A DNA stretch of 64,000 bases from Escherichia coli (GTDB lineage Bacteria; Pseudomonadota; Gammaproteobacteria; Enterobacterales; Enterobacteriaceae), in assembly GCF_041248615.1 (NCBI RefSeq), contig NZ_CP158426.1. The stretch is one strand, 5' to 3'. Below, in pieces: positions 20,926-31,325 of the stretch. Each line of letters starts with the position of its first letter. The first letter of the stretch is position 1. Under the pieces are notes generated by a model that ran no database searches, was not told the origin of the DNA, and was given only the letters and a program-made list of their open reading frames with translations. A program made the position numbers and the translations under genes.

Positions 20926-22860
20926 ATGTTTCAGGACAACCCGCTGCTAGCGCAGCTTAAACAGCAACTGCATTCCCAGACGCCACGCGCTGAAGGGGTG
21001 GTAAAAGCCACAGAAAAAGGCTTTGGCTTCCTGGAAGTCGACGCGCAAAAAAGTTATTTCATTCCGCCGCCGCAGATGAAAAAAGTCATGCATGGCGACC
21101 GAATTATCGCGGTGATCCACAGTGAAAAAGAACGTGAATCCGCAGAGCCAGAAGAACTGGTTGAACCGTTCCTGACTCGTTTCGTGGGTAAAGTTCAGGG
21201 CAAAAATGACCGTCTGGCCATCGTTCCTGATCATCCACTCTTAAAAGACGCCATTCCTTGCCGCGCAGCCCGTGGCCTGAACCACGAGTTTAAAGAAGGC
21301 GACTGGGCGGTTGCCGAAATGCGCCGTCATCCGCTGAAAGGCGATCGTTCTTTCTATGCTGAACTGACACAATACATCACTTTTGGTGACGACCACTTTG
21401 TACCGTGGTGGGTTACACTTGCGCGCCATAATCTGGAAAAAGAAGCACCAGACGGCGTCGCTACCGAAATGCTCGATGAAGGTCTGTTTCGTGAAGATCT
21501 GACCGCGCTGGATTTTGTCACCATCGACAGTGCCAGCACAGAAGATATGGATGACGCCCTTTTCGCTAAGGCGTTGCCGGATGACAAACTTCAGCTGATT
21601 GTGGCGATTGCCGATCCAACCGCGTGGATTGCTGAAGGCAGCAAGCTGGACAAAGCCGCGAAAATTCGCGCATTCACCAACTATCTGCCTGGCTTCAACA
21701 TCCCTATGCTGCCTCGCGAGCTTTCTGACGATCTCTGCTCACTGCGCGCCAATGAAGTCCGCCCGGTACTGGCATGCCGCATGACGCTCTCCGCTGATGG
21801 CACCATTGAAGATAATATCGAATTCTTTGCCGCCACCATCGAATCCAAAGCGAAGCTGGTGTATGACCAGGTCTCTGACTGGCTGGAAAATACCGGTGAC
21901 TGGAAGCCTGAAAGTGAAGCAATTGCCGAACAAGTCAGTTTGTTAGCGCAAATTTGCCAACGCCGCGGCGAGTGGCGTCATAACCACGCACTGGTATTTA
22001 AAGATCGCCCGGATTACCGCTTTATTCTCGGTGAAAAAGGTGAAGTGCTGGATATCGTCGCCGAGCCTCGTCGCATTGCCAACCGTATCGTCGAAGAAGC
22101 GATGATTGCCGCTAACATTTGTGCGGCCCGCGTACTGCGCGATAAGCTCGGTTTTGGTATCTATAACGTGCATATGGGCTTTGATCCGGCAAATGCCGAC
22201 GCGCTGGCAGCGTTGCTGAAAACGCACGGTCTGCATGTCGATGCCGAAGAAGTGCTCACGCTGGACGGTTTCTGCAAACTGCGTCGTGAACTGGATGCGC
22301 AACCAACTGGTTTCCTCGACAGCCGCATTCGTCGCTTCCAGTCATTTGCTGAAATTAGCACTGAACCCGGTCCTCACTTTGGCCTCGGTCTGGAGGCATA
22401 CGCCACCTGGACTTCGCCGATCCGTAAATATGGCGACATGATCAACCACCGTCTGCTGAAAGCGGTTATCAAAGGCGAAACTGCGACGCGTCCGCAGGAT
22501 GAAATCACTGTCCAAATGGCCGAGCGTCGCCGTCTCAACCGAATGGCAGAACGTGATGTTGGCGACTGGTTATACGCACGCTTCCTGAAAGACAAAGCCG
22601 GGACCGACACCCGTTTCGCGGCGGAAATTGTCGATATCAGCCGTGGTGGCATGCGTGTGCGTTTGGTTGATAACGGCGCTATCGCCTTTATTCCGGCACC
22701 TTTCTTACACGCTGTGCGCGATGAACTGGTTTGCAGCCAGGAAAACGGCACTGTACAAATTAAAGGTGAAACGGCTTACAAAGTGACTGACGTTATTGAC
22801 GTCACCATTGCCGAAGTCCGCATGGAAACCCGCAGCATTATTGCGCGCCCGGTCGCGTAA
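20926..22860 (+). CDS. rnb: exoribonuclease II (RNase II)
   Basis: 644-aa ORF matching E. coli Rnb (cold-shock, RNB and S1 domains). Confidence 0.95.
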   Translation: MFQDNPLLAQLKQQLHSQTPRAEGVVKATEKGFGFLEVDAQKSYFIPPPQMKKVMHGDRIIAVIHSEKERESAEPEELVEPFLTRFVGKVQGKNDRLAIVPDHPLLKDAIPCRAARGLNHEFKEGDWAVAEMRRHPLKGDRSFYAELTQYITFGDDHFVPWWVTLARHNLEKEAPDGVATEMLDEGLFREDLTALDFVTIDSASTEDMDDALFAKALPDDKLQLIVAIADPTAWIAEGSKLDKAAKIRAFTNYLPGFNIPMLPRELSDDLCSLRANEVRPVLACRMTLSADGTIEDNIEFFAATIESKAKLVYDQVSDWLENTGDWKPESEAIAEQVSLLAQICQRRGEWRHNHALVFKDRPDYRFILGEKGEVLDIVAEPRRIANRIVEEAMIAANICAARVLRDKLGFGIYNVHMGFDPANADALAALLKTHGLHVDAEEVLTLDGFCKLRRELDAQPTGFLDSRIRRFQSFAEISTEPGPHFGLGLEAYATWTSPIRKYGDMINHRLLKAVIKGETATRPQDEITVQMAERRRLNRMAERDVGDWLYARFLKDKAGTDTRFAAEIVDISRGGMRVRLVDNGAIAFIPAPFLHAVRDELVCSQENGTVQIKGETAYKVTDVIDVTIAEVRMETRSIIARPVA

Positions 22861-22868
22861 TCTCCTTT

Positions 22869-22903
22869 CACGGCCCATTCCTTATGAATGGGCCGTTTAT
22901 TTC
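22869..22903 (+). terminator. rnb intrinsic terminator
   Basis: hairpin cggcccatt-ccttatga-atgggccg followed by tttattt. Confidence 0.6.
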
Positions 22904-23093
22904 CCCGCTCTACCTTCATCATATCCCGGCAGTTTTTTAACTGACTTTCGTTTGAAAACTGGCGTTTTTCCAAAACTGGATTACAAATAAATATATAAAA
23001 AAACAATGCGTTTAGCCGCCGTTAATTTCATGTAAGTCATGTTGTTCCTTTTATTTAACCGCGGACTCCGCTGTTAACCGGAGGATATGCATC

Positions 23094-25079
23094 ATGAAAA
23101 CCGTTAGGGAGTCCACAACGTTGTACAACTTTCTCGGATCGCACAATCCATACTGGCGGTTAACGGAAAGCAGCGATGTTTTGCGCTTTTCTACCACCGA
23201 AACCACAGAACCTGAACGTACGTTGCAGTTATCTGCCGAACAGGCTGCTCGCATCAGGGAAATGACAGTCATCACTTCCAGTCTGATGATGAGTCTGACC
23301 GTCGATGAAAGCGATCTTTCTGTGCATCTGGTAGGACGAAAAATCAATAAACGGGAATGGGCTGGCAACGCGTCGGCATGGCATGACACACCGGCGGTTG
23401 CTCGTGATTTATCACACGGGCTTTCCTTTGCTGAGCAGGTAGTTTCTGAAGCACATTCCGCAATAGTGATTCTCGACAGTCGGGGGAATATCCAGCGCTT
23501 CAATCGGTTATGTGAAGATTACACAGGGTTGAAAGAACACGACGTCATTGGGCAAAGCGTGTTTAAACTGTTTATGAGCCGTCGTGAAGCTGCGGCATCC
23601 AGGCGCAATAACCGTGTATTTTTTCGAAGCGGCAATGCATATGAAGTCGAACTGTGGATACCAACACGTAAAGGCCAGCGGCTGTTTCTGTTTCGCAATA
23701 AATTTGTCCACAGCGGCAGTGGCAAAAACGAGATTTTTTTAATCTGTTCCGGCACCGACATTACCGAAGAGCGCCGCGCTCAGGAGCGACTGCGTATTCT
23801 GGCAAATACCGACAGTATCACCGGACTGCCGAATCGTAACGCAATGCAGGAGTTAATCGATCACGCAATTAATCATACAGATAACAATAAAGTTGGGGTT
23901 GTGTATCTTGATTTGGATAATTTTAAAAAGGTCAACGACGCCTATGGGCATTTGTTTGGTGACCAGCTATTACGCGACGTGTCATTGGCTATTTTAAGCT
24001 GTCTCGAACATGACCAGGTGTTGGCGCGTCCAGGTGGCGATGAGTTTTTGGTACTCGCATCCAATACCTCACAAAGCGCGCTGGAAGCAATGGCATCACG
24101 AATTTTGACTCGCTTACGGCTCCCCTTTCGTATTGGTTTAATTGAAGTTTATACCAGCTGTTCAGTAGGTATTTCGCTCTCTCCCGAACATGGTTCGGAC
24201 AGCGCAACTATTATTCGTCACGCCGACACAGCAATGTACACAGCGAAGGAAGGCGGACGAGGACAATTTTGCGTTTTTACTCCAGAAATGAATCAGCGGG
24301 TATTTGAATATCTCTGGCTGGATACCAACTTGCGTAAAGCACTGGAAAACGATCAGTTGGTTATTCACTATCAACCGAAAATCACCTGGCGTGGCGAAGT
24401 GCGCAGTCTGGAAGCACTAGTACGTTGGCAGTCACCTGAACGTGGGTTGATTCCACCGTTGGACTTCATTTCCTACGCCGAAGAGTCAGGGCTAATTGTG
24501 CCTTTAGGCCGTTGGGTGATTCTCGATGTCGTACGCCAGGTGGCAAAGTGGCGGGATAAAGGTATTAACCTGCGAGTGGCGGTAAACATTTCTGCACGTC
24601 AGCTCGCCGATCAAACCATTTTCACCGCCCTGAAACAGGTTCTCCAGGAACTCAATTTTGAATACTGCCCTATTGATGTTGAACTGACGGAGAGCTGCCT
24701 GATTGAGAATGATGAACTGGCACTTTCTGTTATTCAACAATTTAGCCAACTAGGTGCGCAAGTGCATCTGGACGATTTTGGTACCGGCTACTCTTCACTT
24801 TCGCAACTGGCGCGCTTTCCGATCGATGCCATCAAACTTGACCAGGTTTTTGTTCGAGATATTCACAAACAACCTGTCTCGCAGTCACTGGTCCGGGCGA
24901 TCGTCGCTGTGGCCCAGGCATTGAATCTTCAGGTGATCGCTGAAGGAGTGGAGAGTAAAAAGGAAGATGCTTTTTTAACCAAGAACGGGATCAATGAGCG
25001 GCAAGGATTTTTGTTTGCCAAACCGATGCCCGCCGTCGCCTTCGAACGTTGGTATAAACGCTATCTGAAGCGCGCATAA
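23094..25079 (+). CDS. pdeR: c-di-GMP phosphodiesterase PdeR (YciR; PAS-GGDEF-EAL)
   Basis: 661-aa ORF matching YciR/PdeR; degenerate GGDEF region followed by an EAL domain. Confidence 0.9.
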   Translation: MKTVRESTTLYNFLGSHNPYWRLTESSDVLRFSTTETTEPERTLQLSAEQAARIREMTVITSSLMMSLTVDESDLSVHLVGRKINKREWAGNASAWHDTPAVARDLSHGLSFAEQVVSEAHSAIVILDSRGNIQRFNRLCEDYTGLKEHDVIGQSVFKLFMSRREAAASRRNNRVFFRSGNAYEVELWIPTRKGQRLFLFRNKFVHSGSGKNEIFLICSGTDITEERRAQERLRILANTDSITGLPNRNAMQELIDHAINHTDNNKVGVVYLDLDNFKKVNDAYGHLFGDQLLRDVSLAILSCLEHDQVLARPGGDEFLVLASNTSQSALEAMASRILTRLRLPFRIGLIEVYTSCSVGISLSPEHGSDSATIIRHADTAMYTAKEGGRGQFCVFTPEMNQRVFEYLWLDTNLRKALENDQLVIHYQPKITWRGEVRSLEALVRWQSPERGLIPPLDFISYAEESGLIVPLGRWVILDVVRQVAKWRDKGINLRVAVNISARQLADQTIFTALKQVLQELNFEYCPIDVELTESCLIENDELALSVIQQFSQLGAQVHLDDFGTGYSSLSQLARFPIDAIKLDQVFVRDIHKQPVSQSLVRAIVAVAQALNLQVIAEGVESKKEDAFLTKNGINERQGFLFAKPMPAVAFERWYKRYLKRA

Positions 25080-25225
25080 GTAGATGAATATATATACTTA
25101 GCGATATATTCCGTAATTATATATCGTATTCCCGGATGATAATTAGCCGTTGCTGTTAAACACTTCTCTTTTAGCGGCAATTTTTGCATTATTCATTTTC
25201 CCCTTTTGCTATAAGGATGTCCTTG

Positions 25226-25399
25226 ATGTCTGAATTTGATGCCCAGCGCGTTGCCGAACGTATTGATATTGTGTTAGATATCCTTGTGGCAGGCGATTAC
25301 CACTCTGCGATCCATAATCTCGAGATACTTAAAGCAGAACTCTTGCGCCAGGTTGCTGAATCTACGCCAGACATCCCGAAGGCACCGTGGGAGATTTAA
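25226..25399 (+). CDS. yciZ: small protein YciZ (UPF0509)
   Basis: 57-aa ORF from [18 protein letters not shown]; matches YciZ; trimmed from a longer track ORF. Confidence 0.7.
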
Positions 25400-25488
25400 C
25401 AATCGTGCCTTCAGGTTTTCCTATTTGAGGATGCCCGGCGCGTCAGTATTTTTTTATTTAGTATTATAACGTTATAAGAATTACAGCG

Positions 25489-26238
25489 ATGAATTCCCGA
25501 CAACAAACTATTCTACAGATGGTCATTGACCAGGGTCAGGTTAGCGTAACCGATCTGGCAAAAGCCACTGGAGTTTCTGAAGTTACCATTCGCCAGGATC
25601 TCAACACCCTCGAAAAACTGAGTTACCTCCGCCGTGCACATGGCTTTGCAGTATCGCTTGATAGTGATGACGTCGAAACTCGTATGATGAGCAACTATAC
25701 GCTGAAGCGTGAACTCGCCGAGTTTGCCGCGTCACTGGTTCAACCGGGCGAAACCATCTTTATCGAAAATGGCAGCAGCAATGCCCTGCTCGCCCGGACT
25801 CTGGGCGAGCAGAAGAAAAATGTCACTATCATCACGGTCAGCAGCTACATCGCGCATTTGCTGAAAGACGCGCCTTGTGAAGTTATTTTGCTCGGTGGCG
25901 TGTACCAGAAAAAAAGCGAAAGTATGGTTGGCCCGTTGACACGCCAGTGCATCCAACAGGTGCATTTCAGCAAAGCATTTATTGGTATTGATGGCTGGCA
26001 ACCTGAAACTGGGTTTACCGGTCGCGATATGATGCGTACCGATGTGGTCAATGCCGTGCTGGAAAAAGAGTGCGAAGCGATAGTCCTGACTGACAGCTCG
26101 AAATTTGGTGCTGTACATTCATACTCCATCGGCCCCGTTGAGCGATTCAATCGCGTGATTACCGATTCGAAAATACGCGCCAGCGATCTGATGCATCTTG
26201 AGCACAGTAAACTCACCGTTCACGTCGTTGACATTTAA
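25489..26238 (+). CDS. yciT: DeoR-family transcriptional regulator YciT (DeoT)
   Basis: 249-aa ORF with N-terminal DeoR HTH and C-terminal sugar-phosphate-binding-like domain. Confidence 0.85.
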   Translation: MNSRQQTILQMVIDQGQVSVTDLAKATGVSEVTIRQDLNTLEKLSYLRRAHGFAVSLDSDDVETRMMSNYTLKRELAEFAASLVQPGETIFIENGSSNALLARTLGEQKKNVTIITVSSYIAHLLKDAPCEVILLGGVYQKKSESMVGPLTRQCIQQVHFSKAFIGIDGWQPETGFTGRDMMRTDVVNAVLEKECEAIVLTDSSKFGAVHSYSIGPVERFNRVITDSKIRASDLMHLEHSKLTVHVVDI

Positions 26239-26506
26239 CCATTTCCCTTCTCTACGGATGATTTGCTGTTTTGCAAATCATCCGCTCTAAGATGATTCCT
26301 GGTTGATAATTAAGACTATTTACCTGTTATTAACACTCTCAAGATATAAAATTATTATCAGCGATATAACAGGAAGTCATTATCACCTGCGTGATATAAC
26401 CCTGCGCGCGAGCGGATTTCACGGAATAATTTCACCAGGCTTATTCTTAGCTATTATAGTTATAGTGAGCTTACTTCCGTGAATCATAAATTCAGGAGAG
26501 AGTATT

Positions 26507-26725
26507 ATGTTTGTAACGAGCAAAAAAATGACCGCGGCTGTTCTGGCAATTACCCTGGCAATGTCTCTGAGTGCCTGTTCTAACTGGTCTAAACGGGACC
26601 GCAACACCGCAATCGGTGCAGGTGCAGGGGCATTAGGCGGTGCAGTACTGACCGATGGCAGTACGTTGGGTACATTAGGTGGTGCAGCCGTCGGTGGTGT
26701 TATTGGTCACCAGGTCGGTAAATAA
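26507..26725 (+). CDS. osmB: osmotically inducible lipoprotein OsmB
   Basis: 72-aa ORF with lipobox LSAC and Gly-rich body; matches OsmB. Confidence 0.9.
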   Translation: MFVTSKKMTAAVLAITLAMSLSACSNWSKRDRNTAIGAGAGALGGAVLTDGSTLGTLGGAAVGGVIGHQVGK

Positions 26726-26820
26726 TCGTAAATAAATGTCGATTATCGACTCGCAATTATAATACGCTTGATTCTGTTCAGTACGAAATAACTGAATAAT
26801 ACACACAGTAAAATATTCGA

Positions 26821-26847
26821 AAGCCACGGATATATCCGTGGCTTTTT
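26821..26847. terminator. bidirectional terminator between osmB and yciH
   Basis: hairpin agccacgga-tatat-ccgtggct flanked by A/T runs. Confidence 0.6.
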
Positions 26848-26850
26848 ATG

Positions 26851-27180
26851 TTAGCCGCCTGCGAGTTTTACCTTCATCCCTTTCGCTTCAAGCAGTGATT
26901 TTAATAAATCACGCTTATCGCCCTGGATTTCAATAATTCCATCTTTAACTGCTCCGCCGCAGCCGCATTTTTTCTTCAGTTCCGCTGCCAGTTTCGTCAG
27001 TTCGGCATCATCGAGATCGACACCGGTAATCAGGCAAACGCCCTTACCTTTACGTCCACTGGTCTGACGCTGAATACGCACCACACCGTCGCCTTTAGGG
27101 CGTACAGGGGCCGCTTTTGGCTCATCAATACGTCCGGTTTCCGTTGAGTAGACCAGACGGCTGTTGGAATCACTCATCAT
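26851..27180 (-). CDS. yciH: SUI1/eIF1-like translation initiation factor YciH
   Basis: 109-aa ORF matching YciH; 4-nt overlap with pyrF. Confidence 0.85.
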   Translation of the reverse strand: MMSDSNSRLVYSTETGRIDEPKAAPVRPKGDGVVRIQRQTSGRKGKGVCLITGVDLDDAELTKLAAELKKKCGCGGAVKDGIIEIQGDKRDLLKSLLEAKGMKVKLAGG

Positions 27181-27914
27181 GCACTCCGCTGTAAAGAGGC
27201 GTTGATCGCTTTCAGCGTCTGCGCTGGATCTACCGATTGCGTTACCGGGCGACCAATCACCATATAATCAACACCAGCCGCCAACGCCTGTTCTGGCGTC
27301 ATAATGCGGCGCTGGTCACCAGCATCACTCCCCTGCGGACGAATGCCCGGCGTAACCAGTTTGAACTCCTGACCGAATACCTGTTTAAAGCGCACAGCTT
27401 CCTGAGCAGAACACACCACACCATCAAGGCCACATTTTTGCGTCAGTGCCGCCAGACGTTCTGCATAATCTGCAGGTGACAGTGTCACGCCAAGATCGGC
27501 CAGGTCGCTGGCTTCCATGCTGGTCAACACTGTCACAGCAATCAAAAGCGGTGCATCTTTGCCAAACGGAACCAGTGCCTCACGCGCTGCGGTCATCATA
27601 CGCGCCCCACCGGAGGCGTGAACATTCACCATCCACACGCCTAAGTCAGCTGCAGCAGCGACAGCGTGCGCTGCAGTGTTGGGAATATCGTGAAATTTCA
27701 GGTCAAGGAAGATATCAAAACCACGCTGTTGAAGTTCGCGTACAAATTGAGGTCCAAACAGCGTAAACATCTCTTTGCCGACTTTCAGACGACAATCGCG
27801 TGGGTCGATCTTGTCGACAAAGGCCAGCGCGGCATCACGATTATGATAATCAAGGGCAACAACCATAGGAGAATTCGTAACAGCGCGGGAAGAAGATGAA
27901 GCAGTTAACGTCAT
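27177..27914 (-). CDS. pyrF: orotidine-5'-phosphate decarboxylase
   Basis: ORF matches PyrF from [16 protein letters not shown] (245 aa); track ORF has a 20-aa upstream extension. Confidence 0.9.
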   Translation of the reverse strand: MTLTASSSSRAVTNSPMVVALDYHNRDAALAFVDKIDPRDCRLKVGKEMFTLFGPQFVRELQQRGFDIFLDLKFHDIPNTAAHAVAAAADLGVWMVNVHASGGARMMTAAREALVPFGKDAPLLIAVTVLTSMEASDLADLGVTLSPADYAERLAALTQKCGLDGVVCSAQEAVRFKQVFGQEFKLVTPGIRPQGSDAGDQRRIMTPEQALAAGVDYMVIGRPVTQSVDPAQTLKAINASLQRSA

Positions 27915-28104
27915 GACCAGACCTTCTTGATGATGGGCACCGGAAGTGGCGCGAAACAGGTAAACGGCGAGCATTCTACCCGTGGAAATAAAAAATTAAC
28001 AGTTGCGATTTCTCCCCTGGCAGGCTTTTCTGCGCCCGAGTTACCGGAGCACAATGAACATCAATTATTAGTATGTTGTAACTAAATTCAGATTTTTTTA
28101 AAAA

Positions 28105-29274
28105 TTACAGGCCATCAAGACCGCGAATCGGTTTAATGGTTGACCAGGCCCGACAAGACGGACAATGCCAGTAGAGGGTGTATGCGGTAAAACCACATTT
28201 CTGGCAGCGATAACGAGGCTTACTACGCACCTTCTCGCCAACCATGTCACGCAGCACCATCAGACTCTCTTTGGCACGCCCTTCTTCCGCTTCATTTAAG
28301 TGGTAATCCATTAGCTTATGGAACACACGCATGGTTGGATGACGCTGAAGCTGACGCGTAATATAGACCTGTGCGGCCTCACTACCGTCGCGCGCTTCGA
28401 TGATGTCCGCAAGCATCAGTTCAGCATCGGCACCGGTGTTCTCTTCCACCGCGCGCTGCAGGAACTCTGCCCATTCGGCAGTTTTACCCAACTGCTGGTA
28501 GCAGGTTTGCAACATTTCAAGCGTTTCGCTGACCAGTTCTCTGTCCTGGGATATCACGCGTTGCAAACTTTCGACGGCTTTGGCGTATTCTCCTTTCGCC
28601 ATAAACACGCGTCCCATCATGATGGATACGCGGGCGCTGTTTTTATCTGCCGCAGCCCCTTTTTTTAGCAAGGTCATGGCACGATCGAGATCGTCGCTGG
28701 CCATATGCTGCAGGGCTAACTCACAGTAGAAATGGGCAATTTCGACGCGCTGTTTATCTTTACCCAGCTTCACCAGGCGTTCGGCAACATCAATTGCTTT
28801 CTGCCACTCGCTGGTAGCCTGGTAGATTTGTAGCAACTGTTGCAGCGCGCCAATGCGGAAGTCAGTTTCATCGGTCAGCTGATTGAACATGTCTTCCGCG
28901 CGGTCGTATAACCCGGCGGCCATGTAATCACGCCCCAATTGTTGAATCGCCAACAGACGCTGTTCATAGGTCAGCGAGGCGCTTTCCATTAGGGTCTGAT
29001 GGATGCGAATAGCGCGATCAACTTCGCCACGCGAACGGAACAGGTTTCCGAGCGTAAGGTGGGCTTCAACGGTACCCGTATCCTCTTTAAGCATATCGAG
29101 AAACAGGTCTACCGCTTTATCCTGTTGATTACTAAGCAGGAAGTTAACCCCCGCTACGTAATCACGCGACAAGCGGTTGGCTTCATCTTGCTTGTTTTGT
29201 TGCGCACTTCTGCGGCCCATATACCAGCCATAGGCAGCGGCTACAGGCAAAAGCAGAAACAACAACTCCAGCAT
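28105..29274 (-). CDS. lapB: LPS assembly protein LapB (YciM; TPR plus rubredoxin-like zinc ribbon)
   Basis: 389-aa ORF; N-terminal TM helix, TPR repeats, C-terminal CxxC...CxxC. Confidence 0.9.
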   Translation of the reverse strand: MLELLFLLLPVAAAYGWYMGRRSAQQNKQDEANRLSRDYVAGVNFLLSNQQDKAVDLFLDMLKEDTGTVEAHLTLGNLFRSRGEVDRAIRIHQTLMESASLTYEQRLLAIQQLGRDYMAAGLYDRAEDMFNQLTDETDFRIGALQQLLQIYQATSEWQKAIDVAERLVKLGKDKQRVEIAHFYCELALQHMASDDLDRAMTLLKKGAAADKNSARVSIMMGRVFMAKGEYAKAVESLQRVISQDRELVSETLEMLQTCYQQLGKTAEWAEFLQRAVEENTGADAELMLADIIEARDGSEAAQVYITRQLQRHPTMRVFHKLMDYHLNEAEEGRAKESLMVLRDMVGEKVRSKPRYRCQKCGFTAYTLYWHCPSCRAWSTIKPIRGLDGL

Positions 29275-29280
29275 AGAAAG

Positions 29281-29589
29281 TTATTCCTTCGCCGCTGACG
29301 AATGCGGCGCTACAGCCACGTCAGTCGCGGGTGAAAGCTGGTTTTCCAGTCGCTTTATTTTACGTTCAGCGCGCGCCAGGGAAACACGAACTCGCAGCCA
29401 GAACAGACCGCAAATCAGCCAACCGATAGCAAACCCCGCAGCAAACAATACCGCCAGCAATGTGGAAATACGGTACTCCCCTTGCGCTAACAGATAATTA
29501 AACGTCACCTGTTGATCGTTCTGCGCACCTAACGTGACCGAAATCACGAAGATCGCTAACACCAGTAAGAAAATGAGTAAATATTTCAC
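29281..29589 (-). CDS. lapA: LPS assembly protein LapA (YciS)
   Basis: 102-aa two-TM ORF directly upstream of lapB. Confidence 0.85.
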   Translation of the reverse strand: MKYLLIFLLVLAIFVISVTLGAQNDQQVTFNYLLAQGEYRISTLLAVLFAAGFAIGWLICGLFWLRVRVSLARAERKIKRLENQLSPATDVAVAPHSSAAKE

Positions 29590-29737
29590 ATTACTTCCCG
29601 TTATGTGGTTAGAGCGAATAAATTATGGTCAACTTACCGCAATAGCCCTTTAAAGTACCATTTTCGCGCCGTCTGCGAAATGGCATCCACGCGCATTGTT
29701 GATGATTTAAGGGCTAAATTCGGAAAATCAACCAGCG

Positions 29738-30502
29738 TTAACTTTCTTGTTCTCGTTGTGCAATTTCGCGATTTTCTTCCGCAGGTGGTGTTAATGGCCC
29801 ACAAATTCGTTGCGCAAGCCACGTTGCCACCGCCACCAGCGCCCACGAAATCAACGTAGCTACCACCAGATCGCGTGGCCAATGCATCCCGAGCAGCAGG
29901 CGGCTTCCCATGACTCCCGTTGCCCAGACCAACAAGATAGCAATGGTTAATGTTCGCCGACGCGGCCACAGCAAACCAACGGCCAGCAGCGCCCAACTGG
30001 CAGCAAACATCGTGTGACCGGAAGGAAAGGCAAACCCAGTCTCTTTCTGCCAGTGTGAACGCAAATATTGTGGGATGTTTTTCTCTTCAGCCAACTGTTC
30101 TTTCACTAGATTTCCGCGTTCTGCTCGCTTTAAAGTGTAGAACTCATCAACCGGAATATGATGTGTTTTTTCCAGCCAGATAACAAAAGGTCGTGGTTCC
30201 TGGACTTTGTCTTTGATCCAGGATTTAACGCCTTGTCCCACAAGAATTGCCGCCGCCAGAATGGCAAATAACATAATGGCAGCCTTAATGCGAAAACGCA
30301 GACACCAGAGAAACCAACCGAATAAAATCAAATGTGTAATGACGCCCCAGGGCTGGGTGACAGTTTCAGTAACCCAAAAAGCCGCTTTTAGTAGCCAACT
30401 TTGTTCTCCAGGTTGCCAACGCCAGCCAGAAATCCATACGGCTACTGGCATAACAAGCAATAGTGCAGCTCCCACTGCGGTACGTCTGGCAATCGAACGC
30501 AT
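29738..30502 (-). CDS. pgpB: phosphatidylglycerophosphatase B (PAP2 family)
   Basis: 254-aa membrane ORF matching PgpB. Confidence 0.9.
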   Translation of the reverse strand: MRSIARRTAVGAALLLVMPVAVWISGWRWQPGEQSWLLKAAFWVTETVTQPWGVITHLILFGWFLWCLRFRIKAAIMLFAILAAAILVGQGVKSWIKDKVQEPRPFVIWLEKTHHIPVDEFYTLKRAERGNLVKEQLAEEKNIPQYLRSHWQKETGFAFPSGHTMFAASWALLAVGLLWPRRRTLTIAILLVWATGVMGSRLLLGMHWPRDLVVATLISWALVAVATWLAQRICGPLTPPAEENREIAQREQES

Positions 30503-30671
30503 GGCCTCTCCTTTTTGATAAGTCCCACAATCATAACTGAAAATGCCAGTTCCAGGAAAAATTGACAGATTTGTGCCATTCCGTGAACGATCGACGCGTC
30601 GTGATTAGGTGAACCCCTTCTCGTTATGGCAAAATAAGCCAATACAGAACCAGCATTATCTGGAGAATTTC

Positions 30672-31262
30672 ATGCAGCTTAAACGTGTGGCAGAAGCCAA
30701 ACTGCCAACCCCATGGGGCGATTTCCTGATGGTGGGATTTGAAGAACTGGCAACCGGACACGATCATGTCGCGCTAGTCTATGGCGATATTTCCGGGCAT
30801 ACCCCGGTACTTGCACGCGTCCATTCCGAATGTCTGACCGGTGACGCCCTGTTCAGCTTGCGCTGCGATTGTGGCTTCCAGCTCGAAGCGGCACTGACGC
30901 AAATTGCCGAAGAAGGCCGTGGTATTTTGCTGTATCACCGTCAGGAAGGTCGTAACATTGGTCTGCTGAATAAAATCCGCGCTTATGCACTGCAGGATCA
31001 AGGTTACGATACTGTAGAGGCTAACCACCAGTTAGGCTTCGCCGCTGATGAGCGCGACTTCACTCTTTGCGCTGATATGTTCAAACTCCTTGGCGTCAAT
31101 GAAGTCCGCTTGTTAACCAATAACCCGAAAAAAGTCGAAATTCTGACCGAAGCAGGGATTAATATTGTTGAACGCGTACCGTTGATTGTAGGTCGTAACC
31201 CCAATAACGAACATTATCTCGATACCAAAGCCGAGAAAATGGGTCATTTGCTGAACAAATAA
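30672..31262 (+). CDS. ribA: GTP cyclohydrolase II
   Basis: ORF matches RibA from [16 protein letters not shown] (196 aa); track ORF has a 21-aa extension. Confidence 0.9.
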
Positions 31263-31283
31263 CCCTCTTGCATTGTGTAATTC

Positions 31284-31320
31284 ATTTGCTTGCCGGAAGC
31301 AAAATAACCGGCAAGCAAAT
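31284..31320. terminator. bidirectional terminator between the convergent ribA and acnA
   Basis: 13-bp inverted repeat atttgcttgccgg ... ccggcaagcaaat. Confidence 0.6.
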
Positions 31321-31325
31321 ACTTG